Positions 55,353 through 64,000 of a stretch of DNA of 64,000 nucleotides are shown here, piece by piece (position 1 is the first letter of the stretch; each line of letters opens with the position of its first letter). Below the pieces are notes generated by a model. It ran no database searches, was not told the DNA's origin, and worked only from the letters and a program-made list of their open reading frames with translations. This DNA comes from Lachnospiraceae bacterium (lineage in GTDB: Bacteria > Bacillota > Clostridia > Oscillospirales > Ruminococcaceae), in NCBI GenBank assembly GCA_023664705.1, contig JAMPFE010000001.1, positions 197,230 to 261,229 of the forward strand, given 5' to 3'. The position numbers and the translations under genes were made by a program.

Positions 55353-56558
55353 TTACTTCATGGACTCCACGAGAGCCTTGGTATCGCGCGCGATGAGCAG
55401 CTCCTCGTTGGTGGGAACTACCCATACCTCGACCTTGCTGTCGGGAGCGGATATCTTGGTCAGCTTGCCGCGCAAGCCCTTGTTTACGCTGTCGTCGAGC
55501 TTGACGCCGAGATATTCCATATTATGGCAGACGTCCGCGCGGAGGTCGTCGGAGTTCTCGCCGATGCCGCCCGTGAACAGGATAGCGTCGAGACCGTTCA
55601 TTACCGCCGCGTAGGAGCCTATGTACTTCTTTATCTCGTAGCGGAGCATATCGCCCGCGAGAATTGCGCGCTTGTCGCCCTTGTCGGCGGCGGCGCTGAG
55701 GTCGCGGTTGTCGCTGGAGATGCCCGAAACGCCGAGGAAGCCCGATTTCTTGTTCAGATAGTCGCTCATCTCGGAGGGGGAGAACCCGAGCTTGCTTGCG
55801 ACGAACGTTACCGCAGACGCGTCGATAGCGCCGCAGCGCGTGCCCATGATAACGCCGTCGAGCGGCGTGAAGCCCATGGACGTGTCGATCGACTTGCCGC
55901 CCTCTACCGCCGTTATCGACGAGCCGTTGCCGAGGTGGCAGGAAACGATTTTCAGGTCCTTGATATCCCTGCCCATCGCGTCCGCAAGAGCCTGCGAGAC
56001 AAATCTGTGGGACGTGCCGTGGAAGCCGTATTTCCTTACGTGGAACTTCTCGTAGCACTCGTAGGGCAGAGCGTACATGAACGCCTTTTCGGGCATGGTC
56101 TGGTGGAACGCGGTATCGAACACGACCACCTGCGGGGTCGTCTCGGGGATGACCTTCTTGCAAGCCCAGAGCGCCAGCGCGTGGGGGTGGTTATGCACGG
56201 GGGCGAGCTCGGAGAGGTCGTCTATCTGCTTGATAACGTCGTCTGTGACGAGCGTGGTCTTGTCGAATATCTCCGCGCCCTGTACTATGCGGTGTCCGAC
56301 TGCCGATATCTCGTCCATGGAGTTCAGCACGGAAGCCTCGCCCTTGGTGAGCACCTCGACGAGCTTTTCAAACGCCTCTGTGTGCGTCGGGAACGTGCAG
56401 TCGACGTCGACCGTGCGACCGTCGAACGTGGTATGCTTGATGTGTCCGTCGATGCCGATGCGGTCGCAGTTGCCCTTTGCGATAACGCTCTCGTCGTCCA
56501 TGTTCAGCAGCTGATACTTCAATGAAGAGCTGCCTGCGTTGATTACCAGAATTTTCAT
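55353..56558 (-). CDS. ackA: acetate kinase
   Basis: MKILVINAGSSSLKYQL, GHRIVQG, FDTAFHQTMP, and canonical over the full length. Confidence 0.96.
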   Translation of the reverse strand: MKILVINAGSSSLKYQLLNMDDESVIAKGNCDRIGIDGHIKHTTFDGRTVDVDCTFPTHTEAFEKLVEVLTKGEASVLNSMDEISAVGHRIVQGAEIFDKTTLVTDDVIKQIDDLSELAPVHNHPHALALWACKKVIPETTPQVVVFDTAFHQTMPEKAFMYALPYECYEKFHVRKYGFHGTSHRFVSQALADAMGRDIKDLKIVSCHLGNGSSITAVEGGKSIDTSMGFTPLDGVIMGTRCGAIDASAVTFVASKLGFSPSEMSDYLNKKSGFLGVSGISSDNRDLSAAADKGDKRAILAGDMLRYEIKKYIGSYAAVMNGLDAILFTGGIGENSDDLRADVCHNMEYLGVKLDDSVNKGLRGKLTKISAPDSKVEVWVVPTNEELLIARDTKALVESMK

Positions 56559-56730
56559 ATTGTATATATCCTCCTGAAATAAAATTATAATCCATTTATA
56601 TTGTAAATCTTTTCACAAAAAAAATCAAGTATTTTTTAATATTTTTCTTGATTTTCCACAAAAATTGTTGTAAAATATAACAAGAGGTACATATAATTTT
56701 CAAATAAGTCGGATTTTTTTGGAGGATCTT

Positions 56731-57885
56731 ATGAAAATCGGCGCTATTATCGGCGAGTACAATCCGTTCCACAACGGGCATAAATACCACATCGAGCGGA
56801 CGCGCGCGGCGGGGGTCACGCATATCGTTTCCGTTATGAGCGGCGCGTTCGTGCAGCGCGGCGACGTTTCCCTGTACGACAAGCACGTCCGCGCGAGGAC
56901 GGCGCTTGAAAACGGCGTCGACCTTGTTATCGAGCTGCCCGTGCGGTATTCGCTGATGTCGGCGGAGGGCTTCGCGAGGGGCGCGGTGGGGATAATCTCG
57001 GCGCTCGGGTGCGTCGACGTGCTGTCGTTCGGCAGCGAAAGCGGCGATATGGAGGCGCTGAAAGAGGCTTCGCGGGCTGTCGAGTTTACGGCGCGGACGG
57101 AGGAGTTCGACAGGCTGATAAAGCGCGGCAGGAGCTATCCCGCGGCGCTGCACGAGGCGATGCTCGAATACTACACCGAGGACGTGGCGGAGCTTATCGC
57201 GTCGCCGAACAACACGCTTGCCGTGGAATATCTCGGGGCGCTGGACGACATTGCGAGCGCGATAGTGCCGATGACCGTGAAGCGGCTCGGGGCGGAGCAT
57301 GACGGGGACGAGGAGGGCGTGTTCATGAGCGCCTCGGCGATACGGAAGAAGATACTCGGCGGCGGGGACTGCTCGGCGTTCGCGCCCGCTGTCGACGCGC
57401 CGACCGCCGATATTTCGCGGCTGGAGAGGGCGATTCTGGCTAAGCTGAGGACTCTGCGCGCGGAGGACTTCGAGCGCTGCTACGACAGCATCTGCGGGCT
57501 TTCCGACAGGCTGTACAAGGCGGCGCGCGGGGCGCGGTCGCTGTCGGAGCTGTATTTCCTTGCCAAGACCAAGCGGTTTACGCTGGCGGGCATACGCAGG
57601 GCGGCGCTGTGCGCGTTCCTCGGCATCGACAAGAAATTCGCATCGGAGAAGCCCGCGTATCTGCGCGTTCTCGGAATGAACGCGCGGGGGCGGGAGATAC
57701 TTGCGGCGGCTAAATGTCCCGTGCCGATAGACACGTCGCTGAAGGCGCTGTCGAAAACCTCGCGCGAGGCGTTTCTGCAGGCCAACCTCGAGGCGCGCTG
57801 CACCGATATTTACTCGCTGGCGTTCGCCGAGCCGAGAGCCTGCGGCGCGGACTTTACCGCCGCACCCGTTATTATCAACGAATAA
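56731..57885 (+). CDS. tmcAL: tRNA(Met) cytidine acetate ligase (YlbM/TmcAL family nucleotidyltransferase)
   Basis: MKIGAIIGEYNPFHNGHKYHIE (HxGH nucleotidyltransferase motif) and NNTLAVEY. The ATG at 56731 follows GGAGG. Confidence 0.85.
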   Translation: MKIGAIIGEYNPFHNGHKYHIERTRAAGVTHIVSVMSGAFVQRGDVSLYDKHVRARTALENGVDLVIELPVRYSLMSAEGFARGAVGIISALGCVDVLSFGSESGDMEALKEASRAVEFTARTEEFDRLIKRGRSYPAALHEAMLEYYTEDVAELIASPNNTLAVEYLGALDDIASAIVPMTVKRLGAEHDGDEEGVFMSASAIRKKILGGGDCSAFAPAVDAPTADISRLERAILAKLRTLRAEDFERCYDSICGLSDRLYKAARGARSLSELYFLAKTKRFTLAGIRRAALCAFLGIDKKFASEKPAYLRVLGMNARGREILAAAKCPVPIDTSLKALSKTSREAFLQANLEARCTDIYSLAFAEPRACGADFTAAPVIINE

Positions 57886-57929
57886 ATTTGTGAGAAATCC
57901 ACAAAATATTGTGACCGAGAGGTGGATAA

Positions 57930-59270
57930 ATGGGCAATTTTGACAAATTTAATGAATTGCGCGAAAGACATCCCCGATTTATATACCACGATTTTGAGCT
58001 GAACGAGGAGAGAAGCGAGCTTCGCTTTCACTTTCAGATAGACGAGTTTCATTTCCGACCCGTCTGGTCCTTTAATTTCAAGCTCGCCGACAGGGATTTT
58101 GACCGCCGCCGAGCGGAGGAGATCGCGTTTTCGCTCGGCATGGCGGAGCTGGTGTCGTACTGGAAATGCGCGTGCTGTCCGACCGTCGAGGTGCGGTGCG
58201 GGGGCTTGTCGGATTGGCGGAAGAATTGGTGGAAAAAGCTGTATTTCAACGGGCTGGGCGAGTTTTTTTACCGAAACGGCATCGGGACGGATTTTTCCTC
58301 TTTTATGACGATAGAGGCTCCCGAGGCGTGTGAATTGCCGAAAAGCAAGCCGAGTCTGAGCGGCGCGCTGGTGCCCGTGGGTGGCGGCAAGGACAGCGTC
58401 GTGACGCTGGAGCTGCTGAAAAAGGCGGGCGAGGACGTCACGCCGTACATTATCAACGCGGGCAAGGCGGCGCTCGGCTGCGTCGAGGCGGCGGGACTGC
58501 CGCTCGAGCGCGTCGCGGGTCCGACGCGCGTTATTGACAGCGGGCTGCTCGAACGCAACAAGGCGGGCTGGCTCAACGGGCACACGCCGTTTTCGGCGGT
58601 GGTGGCGTTTTCGGCGATGCTGCACGCGTGCTTTCTCGGGAAGAGGTACATCGTTTTATCCAACGAAAGCAGCGCCAACGAGACATACGTCGACGGGGCG
58701 ATGATAAATCATCAGTACAGCAAGTCGACCGAATTCGAGCGCGATTTCCGCGAATACTGCGCGGAGGCGTTCGGGGAGTGCCCCGAATATTTCAGCCTGC
58801 TGCGGCCGCTGTCGGAATGGCAGATAGCGAGGGAGTTCGTGAAGTATCCGCAGTATTTCCCCGTATTCCAAAGCTGCAATCTGGGGGCGAAAACGAACGT
58901 CTGGTGCTGTAGCTGCGCGAAGTGCCTGTACGTGTACATTCTGCTGGCGGCGTTTCTGGACGACGGAGAGCTGACGAAAATTTTCGGCTGCGATATGCTG
59001 GAAAAGACGGAGCTGGCGGAGATGCTGGACGGGCTGACGCTGGACGGCGAGGATAAGCCGTTTGAATGCGTGGGGACCAAGGACGAGGTACGGCTGGCGC
59101 TGAAAATGGCGCTGGACAGGCGGCGGGAAAAACCTCCCGCGCTGCTGAGGCGGTTTGAGAAGCGGTTTCCCGATTATCGTCCCGTTGACTTGACGAAGTA
59201 TTTTGACGGGGACAACTTCGTTCCCGAACGATTTTTACCGTATTTGGAGAGAATTATCAATGAAATTTGA
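57930..59270 (+). CDS. murL: MurL-like protein (putative UDP-MurNAc-L-Ala-L-Glu epimerase); PP-loop-like ATP pyrophosphatase motif
   Basis: 446 aa. VPVGGGKDS (SGGxDS-like), a cysteine cluster (CNLGAKTNVWCCSCAKC), and an 11-nt overlap with a MurD-paralog gene. The functional name is inferred from gene pairing and the motif. The CDS itself is solid. Confidence 0.55.
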   Translation: MGNFDKFNELRERHPRFIYHDFELNEERSELRFHFQIDEFHFRPVWSFNFKLADRDFDRRRAEEIAFSLGMAELVSYWKCACCPTVEVRCGGLSDWRKNWWKKLYFNGLGEFFYRNGIGTDFSSFMTIEAPEACELPKSKPSLSGALVPVGGGKDSVVTLELLKKAGEDVTPYIINAGKAALGCVEAAGLPLERVAGPTRVIDSGLLERNKAGWLNGHTPFSAVVAFSAMLHACFLGKRYIVLSNESSANETYVDGAMINHQYSKSTEFERDFREYCAEAFGECPEYFSLLRPLSEWQIAREFVKYPQYFPVFQSCNLGAKTNVWCCSCAKCLYVYILLAAFLDDGELTKIFGCDMLEKTELAEMLDGLTLDGEDKPFECVGTKDEVRLALKMALDRRREKPPALLRRFEKRFPDYRPVDLTKYFDGDNFVPERFLPYLERIINEI

Positions 59271-60585
59271 CGTTTTAAAACCGATTTTTGAGGGCAAGCG
59301 CCCCGTTATTCTGGGCTTCGGGCGCGAGGGGCAGGTGTGGCTGGACATTCTGAGGAAGCTGAAATGCTGCCCCGAGATAGCTATCGCGGACATGAACCCT
59401 ATCGACGTATATGACCTGCGGATGCCGAACCTTACGGCGATATGCGGGGCGCACTACCTCGAGGAGTGCGCGGAGTATGACATCATTTTGCAGTCGCCGG
59501 GGGTCGCCGTCAAGAACAGGCTGGACGAGGCGGCAAAGGCCAAGATACTGACGCAGACGGAGCTGCTGCTGCGGATGAAGCCCTGCCGTATCGTCGGAGT
59601 GACGGGCACCAAGGGGAAGTCCACGGTCTCGTCGCTTATTCATCATTTTCTGGCGGCTAACGGCATGCCGACCATGCTGATAGGAAACATAGGCGTTCCT
59701 CCCATGAAACGCTTTGACGAGCTGAACGAGAAAATGACGGCGGTCTGCGAGATGAGCTGTCATCAGCTTGAATTCGTTCGGCACTCGCCCGACATAGCGA
59801 TCATGCTGAATTTGTTCCCCGAGCACCTCGACCACTATGTGAGCTTTGAGGCGTATTCCGAGGCAAAGCGCAATATAGCGCGGTTTCAGAACGAGAGCGG
59901 CGTTACGATAGCGAACGCGGATATCCTGCCCGCGGACTGCGCGGGGAGCGTTTTTTCCTCGGCTTTCGGCAAGGAGGCGGACGTGTGGACGGACGGCGGC
60001 GCGATACATCTTTTCGGGGAGGAGATACCCGCGGAGAGGATAAACACGCGGCTGCGGGGGCGGCACAACGTCTACAACATCGCTATAGCGCTCGCGGCGG
60101 CGGTCAAGGCGGGAGCGGACCTGCAGAAATGCCTTGACGCGCTGCCCGAGTTCAACGGGCTGGAGCATCGGCTGGAGTACGTTGCCGAAATAAACGGCGT
60201 GGAATACATCAACGACAGCATCTGCACCGTGCCCGAGGCGGCTATCGCGGCGGTGAACGCGTTCGACGGCGCGGACTGCCTTATACTCGGCGGCATGGAC
60301 AGGGGCATTTCGTACGACGTACTGGGGGAGTTTCTGAACAGGGGCGTCGTCGAGACGGTCATTCTGCTGCCCGACAGCGGAAAGCGCATAGGGCGGCTCG
60401 TTACCAACCCCGCGGTCAATCTGCTGTACGCGGAGGACATGGAGGCGGCTGTGCGCATGGCGGGAGAATTCGCGCAGCGGCGCGTACTGCTTTCGCCCGC
60501 TTCGGCGAGCTACGGGTTCTACCGTAACTTCGAGGAGCGCGGACGGCACTTCAAGCGGCTGGTTCACGCGCTTGAGGACAAATAA
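59260..60585 (+). CDS. murD2: MurD-family ligase, candidate MurD2 (UDP-MurNAc-L-Ala:L-Glu ligase)
   Basis: Mur ligase P-loop GVTGTKGKSTVSSLI, a central domain, and a C-terminal domain (GGMDRG). Translationally coupled to the MurL-like gene and not located in a dcw cluster. Confidence 0.6.
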   Translation: MKFDVLKPIFEGKRPVILGFGREGQVWLDILRKLKCCPEIAIADMNPIDVYDLRMPNLTAICGAHYLEECAEYDIILQSPGVAVKNRLDEAAKAKILTQTELLLRMKPCRIVGVTGTKGKSTVSSLIHHFLAANGMPTMLIGNIGVPPMKRFDELNEKMTAVCEMSCHQLEFVRHSPDIAIMLNLFPEHLDHYVSFEAYSEAKRNIARFQNESGVTIANADILPADCAGSVFSSAFGKEADVWTDGGAIHLFGEEIPAERINTRLRGRHNVYNIAIALAAAVKAGADLQKCLDALPEFNGLEHRLEYVAEINGVEYINDSICTVPEAAIAAVNAFDGADCLILGGMDRGISYDVLGEFLNRGVVETVILLPDSGKRIGRLVTNPAVNLLYAEDMEAAVRMAGEFAQRRVLLSPASASYGFYRNFEERGRHFKRLVHALEDK

Positions 60586-60673
60586 GATCGCGGGCCGCTC
60601 CTTTCGGGGCAGCCCGCTTTCGGGTATATCAAACAGCCGCTGCAAGCCCTTGCTTTCCTGCCCGCTTGGCTAT

Positions 60674-60850
60674 TCAAGGATAACGGCGCGCAGCCGTCAT
60701 CACCTTCGCGGTACGGCTGTGGATCTTACCCTTGTTTATTTTATGCGGTTCGGAGGATTTCGTGATTTTTTTAGTGCGGAGGGCGTTATTATCAAGCGGG
60801 CTGCCGTTGGTGATAAATTCGTTCCATATCGCGTTGAAATCCGCGAACAT
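60674..60850 (-). CDS. possible small basic protein (58 codons), not in the ORF track
   Basis: ATG at 60850 lies 12 nt after the stop of the upstream gene, with AAAGGAAAA upstream. Translation: MFADFNAIWNEFITNGSPLDNNALRTKKITKSSEPHKINKGKIHSRTAKVMTAARRYP. No family was recognised. Confidence 0.3.
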   Translation of the reverse strand: MFADFNAIWNEFITNGSPLDNNALRTKKITKSSEPHKINKGKIHSRTAKVMTAARRYP

Positions 60851-60862
60851 TCCGTTTTCCTT

Positions 60863-61171
60863 TTAAAGGCAGCCTCCGCAGTGTCCGCGCGGAACATTTC
60901 GGTTCATGATCTCGGCGAGCTCCGCGGCATGGGGCTTCAGAAAATCGGGAAGCTCGTCCTCCCTGACCGTCCAGTCGCCCTCGGTCACGTAATACTCGCC
61001 GTCGTCGTTATAGTTGAGATAAAGCGTCCCGCCGCTCTTCCAGAAATCCTTATATTCGGCGCTCTCGCGGAAGCAGCCGAACGTCGTTTCCCTGCCGTTT
61101 ATACGAAGCGTGAGCGTTCCGAAGCACAGGCACGGATATTCCCCCGTGAAGCTTACAAATTCGATTTTCAT
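60863..61171 (-). CDS. small Cys-rich protein of unknown function
   Basis: Start at MKIEFVSF with a GGAAAGGAG SD. Has CLC...C and a C-terminal HCGGC. Lies 28 nt downstream of the metallophosphoesterase gene. Confidence 0.7.
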   Translation of the reverse strand: MKIEFVSFTGEYPCLCFGTLTLRINGRETTFGCFRESAEYKDFWKSGGTLYLNYNDDGEYYVTEGDWTVREDELPDFLKPHAAELAEIMNRNVPRGHCGGCL

Positions 61172-61199
61172 AGCGTCTCCTTTCCCGTAAATCATGATT

Positions 61200-61886
61200 T
61201 TACCAATTTTCGTCATACGGCTCGACTATCCACAAGCCCGAATCCGTTACGCGGTAGTATTTGTCGTTCACCGTATCGACCGCAAGCACGGGTATCTCGC
61301 CGCTGTCGAGAACGGTGCCGTCTATGTAATAGTGGCTCTCGCCGTCGAAATAGATGTCGTGGAAGCGCGGATTCTTCGCGATCTCGGCGGTGCCGACATG
61401 CCCCGCGACGATTTTCAGGTCGAGACCGCCGCAGTGGAATTTGCCCGTCTGCGCGGGGAATTTTCCCAAAAATGTGTTGTCGTCGGTGCCGAGCTCCCAA
61501 TACTCACCCGCTTCCTCGTCAATGCCCGCGTGGCAGAAGATCGTTTTCCCCTCGAAGTAATAGAGCGGCAGGTTTTCTATCCAGCCTATGTACTCATCGT
61601 CGCGGTCGACGTCGCCTTCGTAGGCTCGTCCGTAGCCGTCTGCGGAAATTTGCCAATAGCCGTCCAGAACCGCCTCCTCGTGATTGCCCATAAGCGCGAT
61701 GACTTTATCGCTGCCGTATTTCCGCTGAAGCGCGATTATCCTGTCGAGCACGCCGTAGCCTGCCTCGCCGCCGTGGACGTAATCCCCAAGCAGCAAGAGC
61801 TTGTTATCGCCCGAAAGGTCGACCAACTCCAACGCCGTCTCGAACGCCTCCAAGCAGCCGTGTATGTCGCTCATTGCGTAAATCAT
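61200..61886 (-). CDS. calcineurin-like metallophosphoesterase (PrpE/ApaH-like Ser/Thr phosphatase family)
   Basis: MSDIHG, GDYVHGG and GNHE motifs, with a GGAGGAGG SD. Confidence 0.88.
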   Translation of the reverse strand: MIYAMSDIHGCLEAFETALELVDLSGDNKLLLLGDYVHGGEAGYGVLDRIIALQRKYGSDKVIALMGNHEEAVLDGYWQISADGYGRAYEGDVDRDDEYIGWIENLPLYYFEGKTIFCHAGIDEEAGEYWELGTDDNTFLGKFPAQTGKFHCGGLDLKIVAGHVGTAEIAKNPRFHDIYFDGESHYYIDGTVLDSGEIPVLAVDTVNDKYYRVTDSGLWIVEPYDENW

Positions 61887-62180
61887 AGTGATACCTCCTC
61901 CAAGTCGGTAATTTTCAGCTTCTCGGATTTTGCCTTTTTTATCAGCTCCGCGGTTCGCTTTTCGATAGCTTTAACCCCGGTCAATTATATTATAGCATAT
62001 TCGGGAGCGGTTGTGGGAAATTAAATGATTTTTTATACGTTTATGTCCATATTATAGCACATATTATGTCCGACAAACAGGACATCGCGCGGGTTAAGCG
62101 ATGTTTTGAGATTTCGGAGTGAGTTCTCTCGATAACTTAAAGTAATCATTAAAATCCCACACTAAAAATTGGAAATCCGC

Positions 62181-62209
62181 TTGACAAAATCAACCGATTT
62201 CGCTATAAT
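62181..62209 (+). promoter_or_regulatory. perfect sigma-A consensus promoter for the alpha/beta hydrolase gene
   Basis: TTGACA (62181-62186), a 17-nt spacer, then TATAAT (62204-62209). Confidence 0.7.
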
Positions 62210-62244
62210 AAATTACAGCATGAGGATACGAAAGGGCGGGAAAA

Positions 62245-63348
62245 ATGAAAAAAAGAAAAATTTGCGGGATTGTAATAAGAACGTTAATTATAATGCTTGC
62301 CGCCGTTTTGCTGTTTGTATCGGGAACGTTTATATTCCACAGAGTAAAAACAAGCAAAGAGACCGAGCTGTTAAAGGAAAAGGGGTATTATAATCCCGTT
62401 TCGGCGGGCGACCGCTGCCTAAACGTTTCGGGCTTCGGCAATAAAAACGGCGAGCATACCATTATAGCTATGGCGGGACTTGGGTCGGGCGATTTTCCCG
62501 TGGCTATGAGACAGATGACCGCGCCGCTTGAAAAGGACAATCTTATCGTGTTCGTTGACCGCGCGGGCTATGGCTTCAGCGACGATACCGACAACGAAAT
62601 GACGCTTGAATACATAGTTGAGGATTACCGAAGGGCTTTGAAAAACGCGGATATTGAAGCGCCGTATATCCTTATGCCGCACTCTATCGGGGGAGCGTAT
62701 GCAACGTATTGGGTAAGCCGTTATCCCGAAGAGATAGAATCCGTCATTTTCGTGGACGGCAGCCAATTAAGCGCGACGGCGTTTGACGATTCACCGGGTT
62801 ACAATGTGGGGATAAAAGATAAAGCCCTTGCATTTCTGGCGAAAACGGGATTAAGCAGATATGTCCTGAGGAATTATTTTGAGCGGTATCCCGACAATTT
62901 CTCGGAAGAAGAACAGGAGCTTGCGGACGCGCTTATGTATATGACGCTCGATTCGATAGCCCCTGTTTCGGAGGACGGGCTGCTTGCCGAAAATGCGCGG
63001 AACGCTTTTAACGGTATCATCACAAACGATGTGCCGAAGCTCTATATCTGCGCGAGCTGGGGATTTGAGACAAGGGAAGATATACTCGAGCATAATATAT
63101 GGATAAACCGCCGGATAGAGATCAATGGTATGGATATACAGCCAATGCCCGTTCAATACGGCGATGAGGTGATAAAAGAGATCCTTGACGATTATGAACA
63201 AGCCAGACGGGAAATCATCTTTCCATACGCGGAAAAGCTCGGTAACTGCAAGGTGGTTTGTATTGGCGGAGACCATATGATATATGAGCAGAAGCCGCAA
63301 GAATGTGCCGAGATAATTATAGAATTTCTGAAAGGTTTGGATACCTAA
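62245..63348 (+). CDS. membrane-anchored alpha/beta hydrolase
   Basis: N-terminal TM helix, a PHSIGG nucleophile elbow, and C-terminal GGDHMIYEQ. Confidence 0.82.
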   Translation: MKKRKICGIVIRTLIIMLAAVLLFVSGTFIFHRVKTSKETELLKEKGYYNPVSAGDRCLNVSGFGNKNGEHTIIAMAGLGSGDFPVAMRQMTAPLEKDNLIVFVDRAGYGFSDDTDNEMTLEYIVEDYRRALKNADIEAPYILMPHSIGGAYATYWVSRYPEEIESVIFVDGSQLSATAFDDSPGYNVGIKDKALAFLAKTGLSRYVLRNYFERYPDNFSEEEQELADALMYMTLDSIAPVSEDGLLAENARNAFNGIITNDVPKLYICASWGFETREDILEHNIWINRRIEINGMDIQPMPVQYGDEVIKEILDDYEQARREIIFPYAEKLGNCKVVCIGGDHMIYEQKPQECAEIIIEFLKGLDT

Positions 63349-63467
63349 GGAACGCCGCACAATTTTGGACGCTAACCGTTTAGCGCACCCCCGCAAAATT
63401 CCACAACTCAAATCAAGATTTTCTCCCGCAAATATGATATAATTATTTTCGTAGGGAGGTGAACGGC

Positions 63468-64000
63468 TTGTACGAATGGAACGAGGCAATACAGAAAATG
63501 ATAGACTGGATAGAGGATAATCTGTGTGAAAATCCGTCGCTGCCGCAAATGGCAAAGCAGATAGGTTATTCGCCATATTACTGCTCGGTTCGGTTTCACG
63601 AGATAACGGGTATGACCATAAAGAGCTATGTGGCGGGCAGACGGCTCCGTCTCGCGGCTTTGGCTATACGCGATACCGACGAGCGTATCATTGATATTGC
63701 CGTGAGGTGCGGTTATTCTTCGCAGGAGGCTCTTACGAGAGCGTTCCGGGAGGCGTTTGGGTGCACGCCCGCGTCCTATCGCAGAGAACCCGTTCCCATA
63801 CCGCTTTCCGTGCGGCAGGTCGTTCTCAGCCCCGAATATTATCAAAACCGAAAAGGAGAGAAAACCATGAGCACATCAGTTTTGACCGAGGCGCATACGA
63901 GGGTCGAATTTATTCCCGCGCACAAATATCTCGGCATTTGGGAGGACAGGGCAGGGCACTACGGTGAAATGTGGCAGTATCACGACTGCGACAAGGTCTG
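63468..64000 (+). CDS. AraC-family transcriptional regulator with C-terminal effector-binding (GyrI-like) region (partial, runs off the window end)
   Basis: Frame open from the TTG at 63468 (GGGAGG SD 8 nt upstream) to the window end. Two HTH units: LPQMAKQIGYSPYYCSVRFHEITG and IIDIAVRCGYSSQEALTRAFREAFGCTPASYR. Absent from the ORF track because it is incomplete and starts at TTG. Confidence 0.75.
   Translation, partial: MYEWNEAIQKMIDWIEDNLCENPSLPQMAKQIGYSPYYCSVRFHEITGMTIKSYVAGRRLRLAALAIRDTDERIIDIAVRCGYSSQEALTRAFREAFGCTPASYRREPVPIPLSVRQVVLSPEYYQNRKGEKTMSTSVLTEAHTRVEFIPAHKYLGIWEDRAGHYGEMWQYHDCDKV

Noticed and set aside
61883-61984. A 33-codon TTG-initiated ORF (LTGVKAIEKRTAELIKKAKSEKLKITDLEEVSL) overlapping the phosphoesterase ATG by ATGA.
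   Set aside because: It has no SD, and a TATAAT-like hexamer lies only 4 nt upstream of the TTG, so the codon would sit at or before the TSS. This stretch is more likely the 5' UTR of the phosphoesterase operon. The charged-helix look can arise by chance in A/G-rich sequence.
63707-63967. An 86-aa plus-strand ORF near the window end.
   Set aside because: It is out of frame with the clearly AraC-type reading frame that is open from 63468 to the window end, and its translation is Arg/Gly-rich with no motifs.

Overview
GC-rich chromosomal segment with AT-rich intergenic regions, most consistent with a spore-forming Clostridia (Oscillospiraceae/Ruminococcaceae-like) genome; this taxonomic call is inferred from spoIVB, the gdpP-rplI-dnaB and tilS-hpt-ftsH synteny, the mreBCD block and codon style. 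About 55 genes can be supported. Most are housekeeping: malQ, pullulanase, Xaa-Pro aminopeptidase, trmB, clpC-like, spoIVB, RNase J, gdpP, rplI, dnaB, tilS, hpt, ftsH, mgsA, minD-like, PBP2, mreBCD, ackA and tmcAL.

Four regions are not ordinary:
- 6.2-18.4 kb: an eight-gene minus-strand Ter-type stress/defence island. It holds a TerY-P triad (vWA, PP2C, Ser/Thr kinase), a P-type Ca2+-ATPase, two TerD-domain genes, a YceG-like gene and TelA.
- 40.2-46.4 kb: a two-component system plus an ABC-2 exporter with 3.5 tandem permease paralogs and a permuted-papain amidase-like gene.
- 57.9-60.6 kb: an overlapping MurL-like/MurD2-like pair, a candidate alternative D-Glu route for peptidoglycan.
- A family of about 90-165 nt palindromic intergenic elements with a conserved core. 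The arms differ between copies but stay self-complementary. Three of them sit directly against stop codons.

Several perfect TTGACA-N17-TATAAT promoters, intrinsic terminators, a four-box direct-repeat operator and a helically phased CTGCAA array are also visible. No rRNA, tRNA, CRISPR array, transposase or integrase was found. Many long ORFs in the six-frame track are Arg/Ala/Gly-rich antisense shadows of real genes and were rejected.
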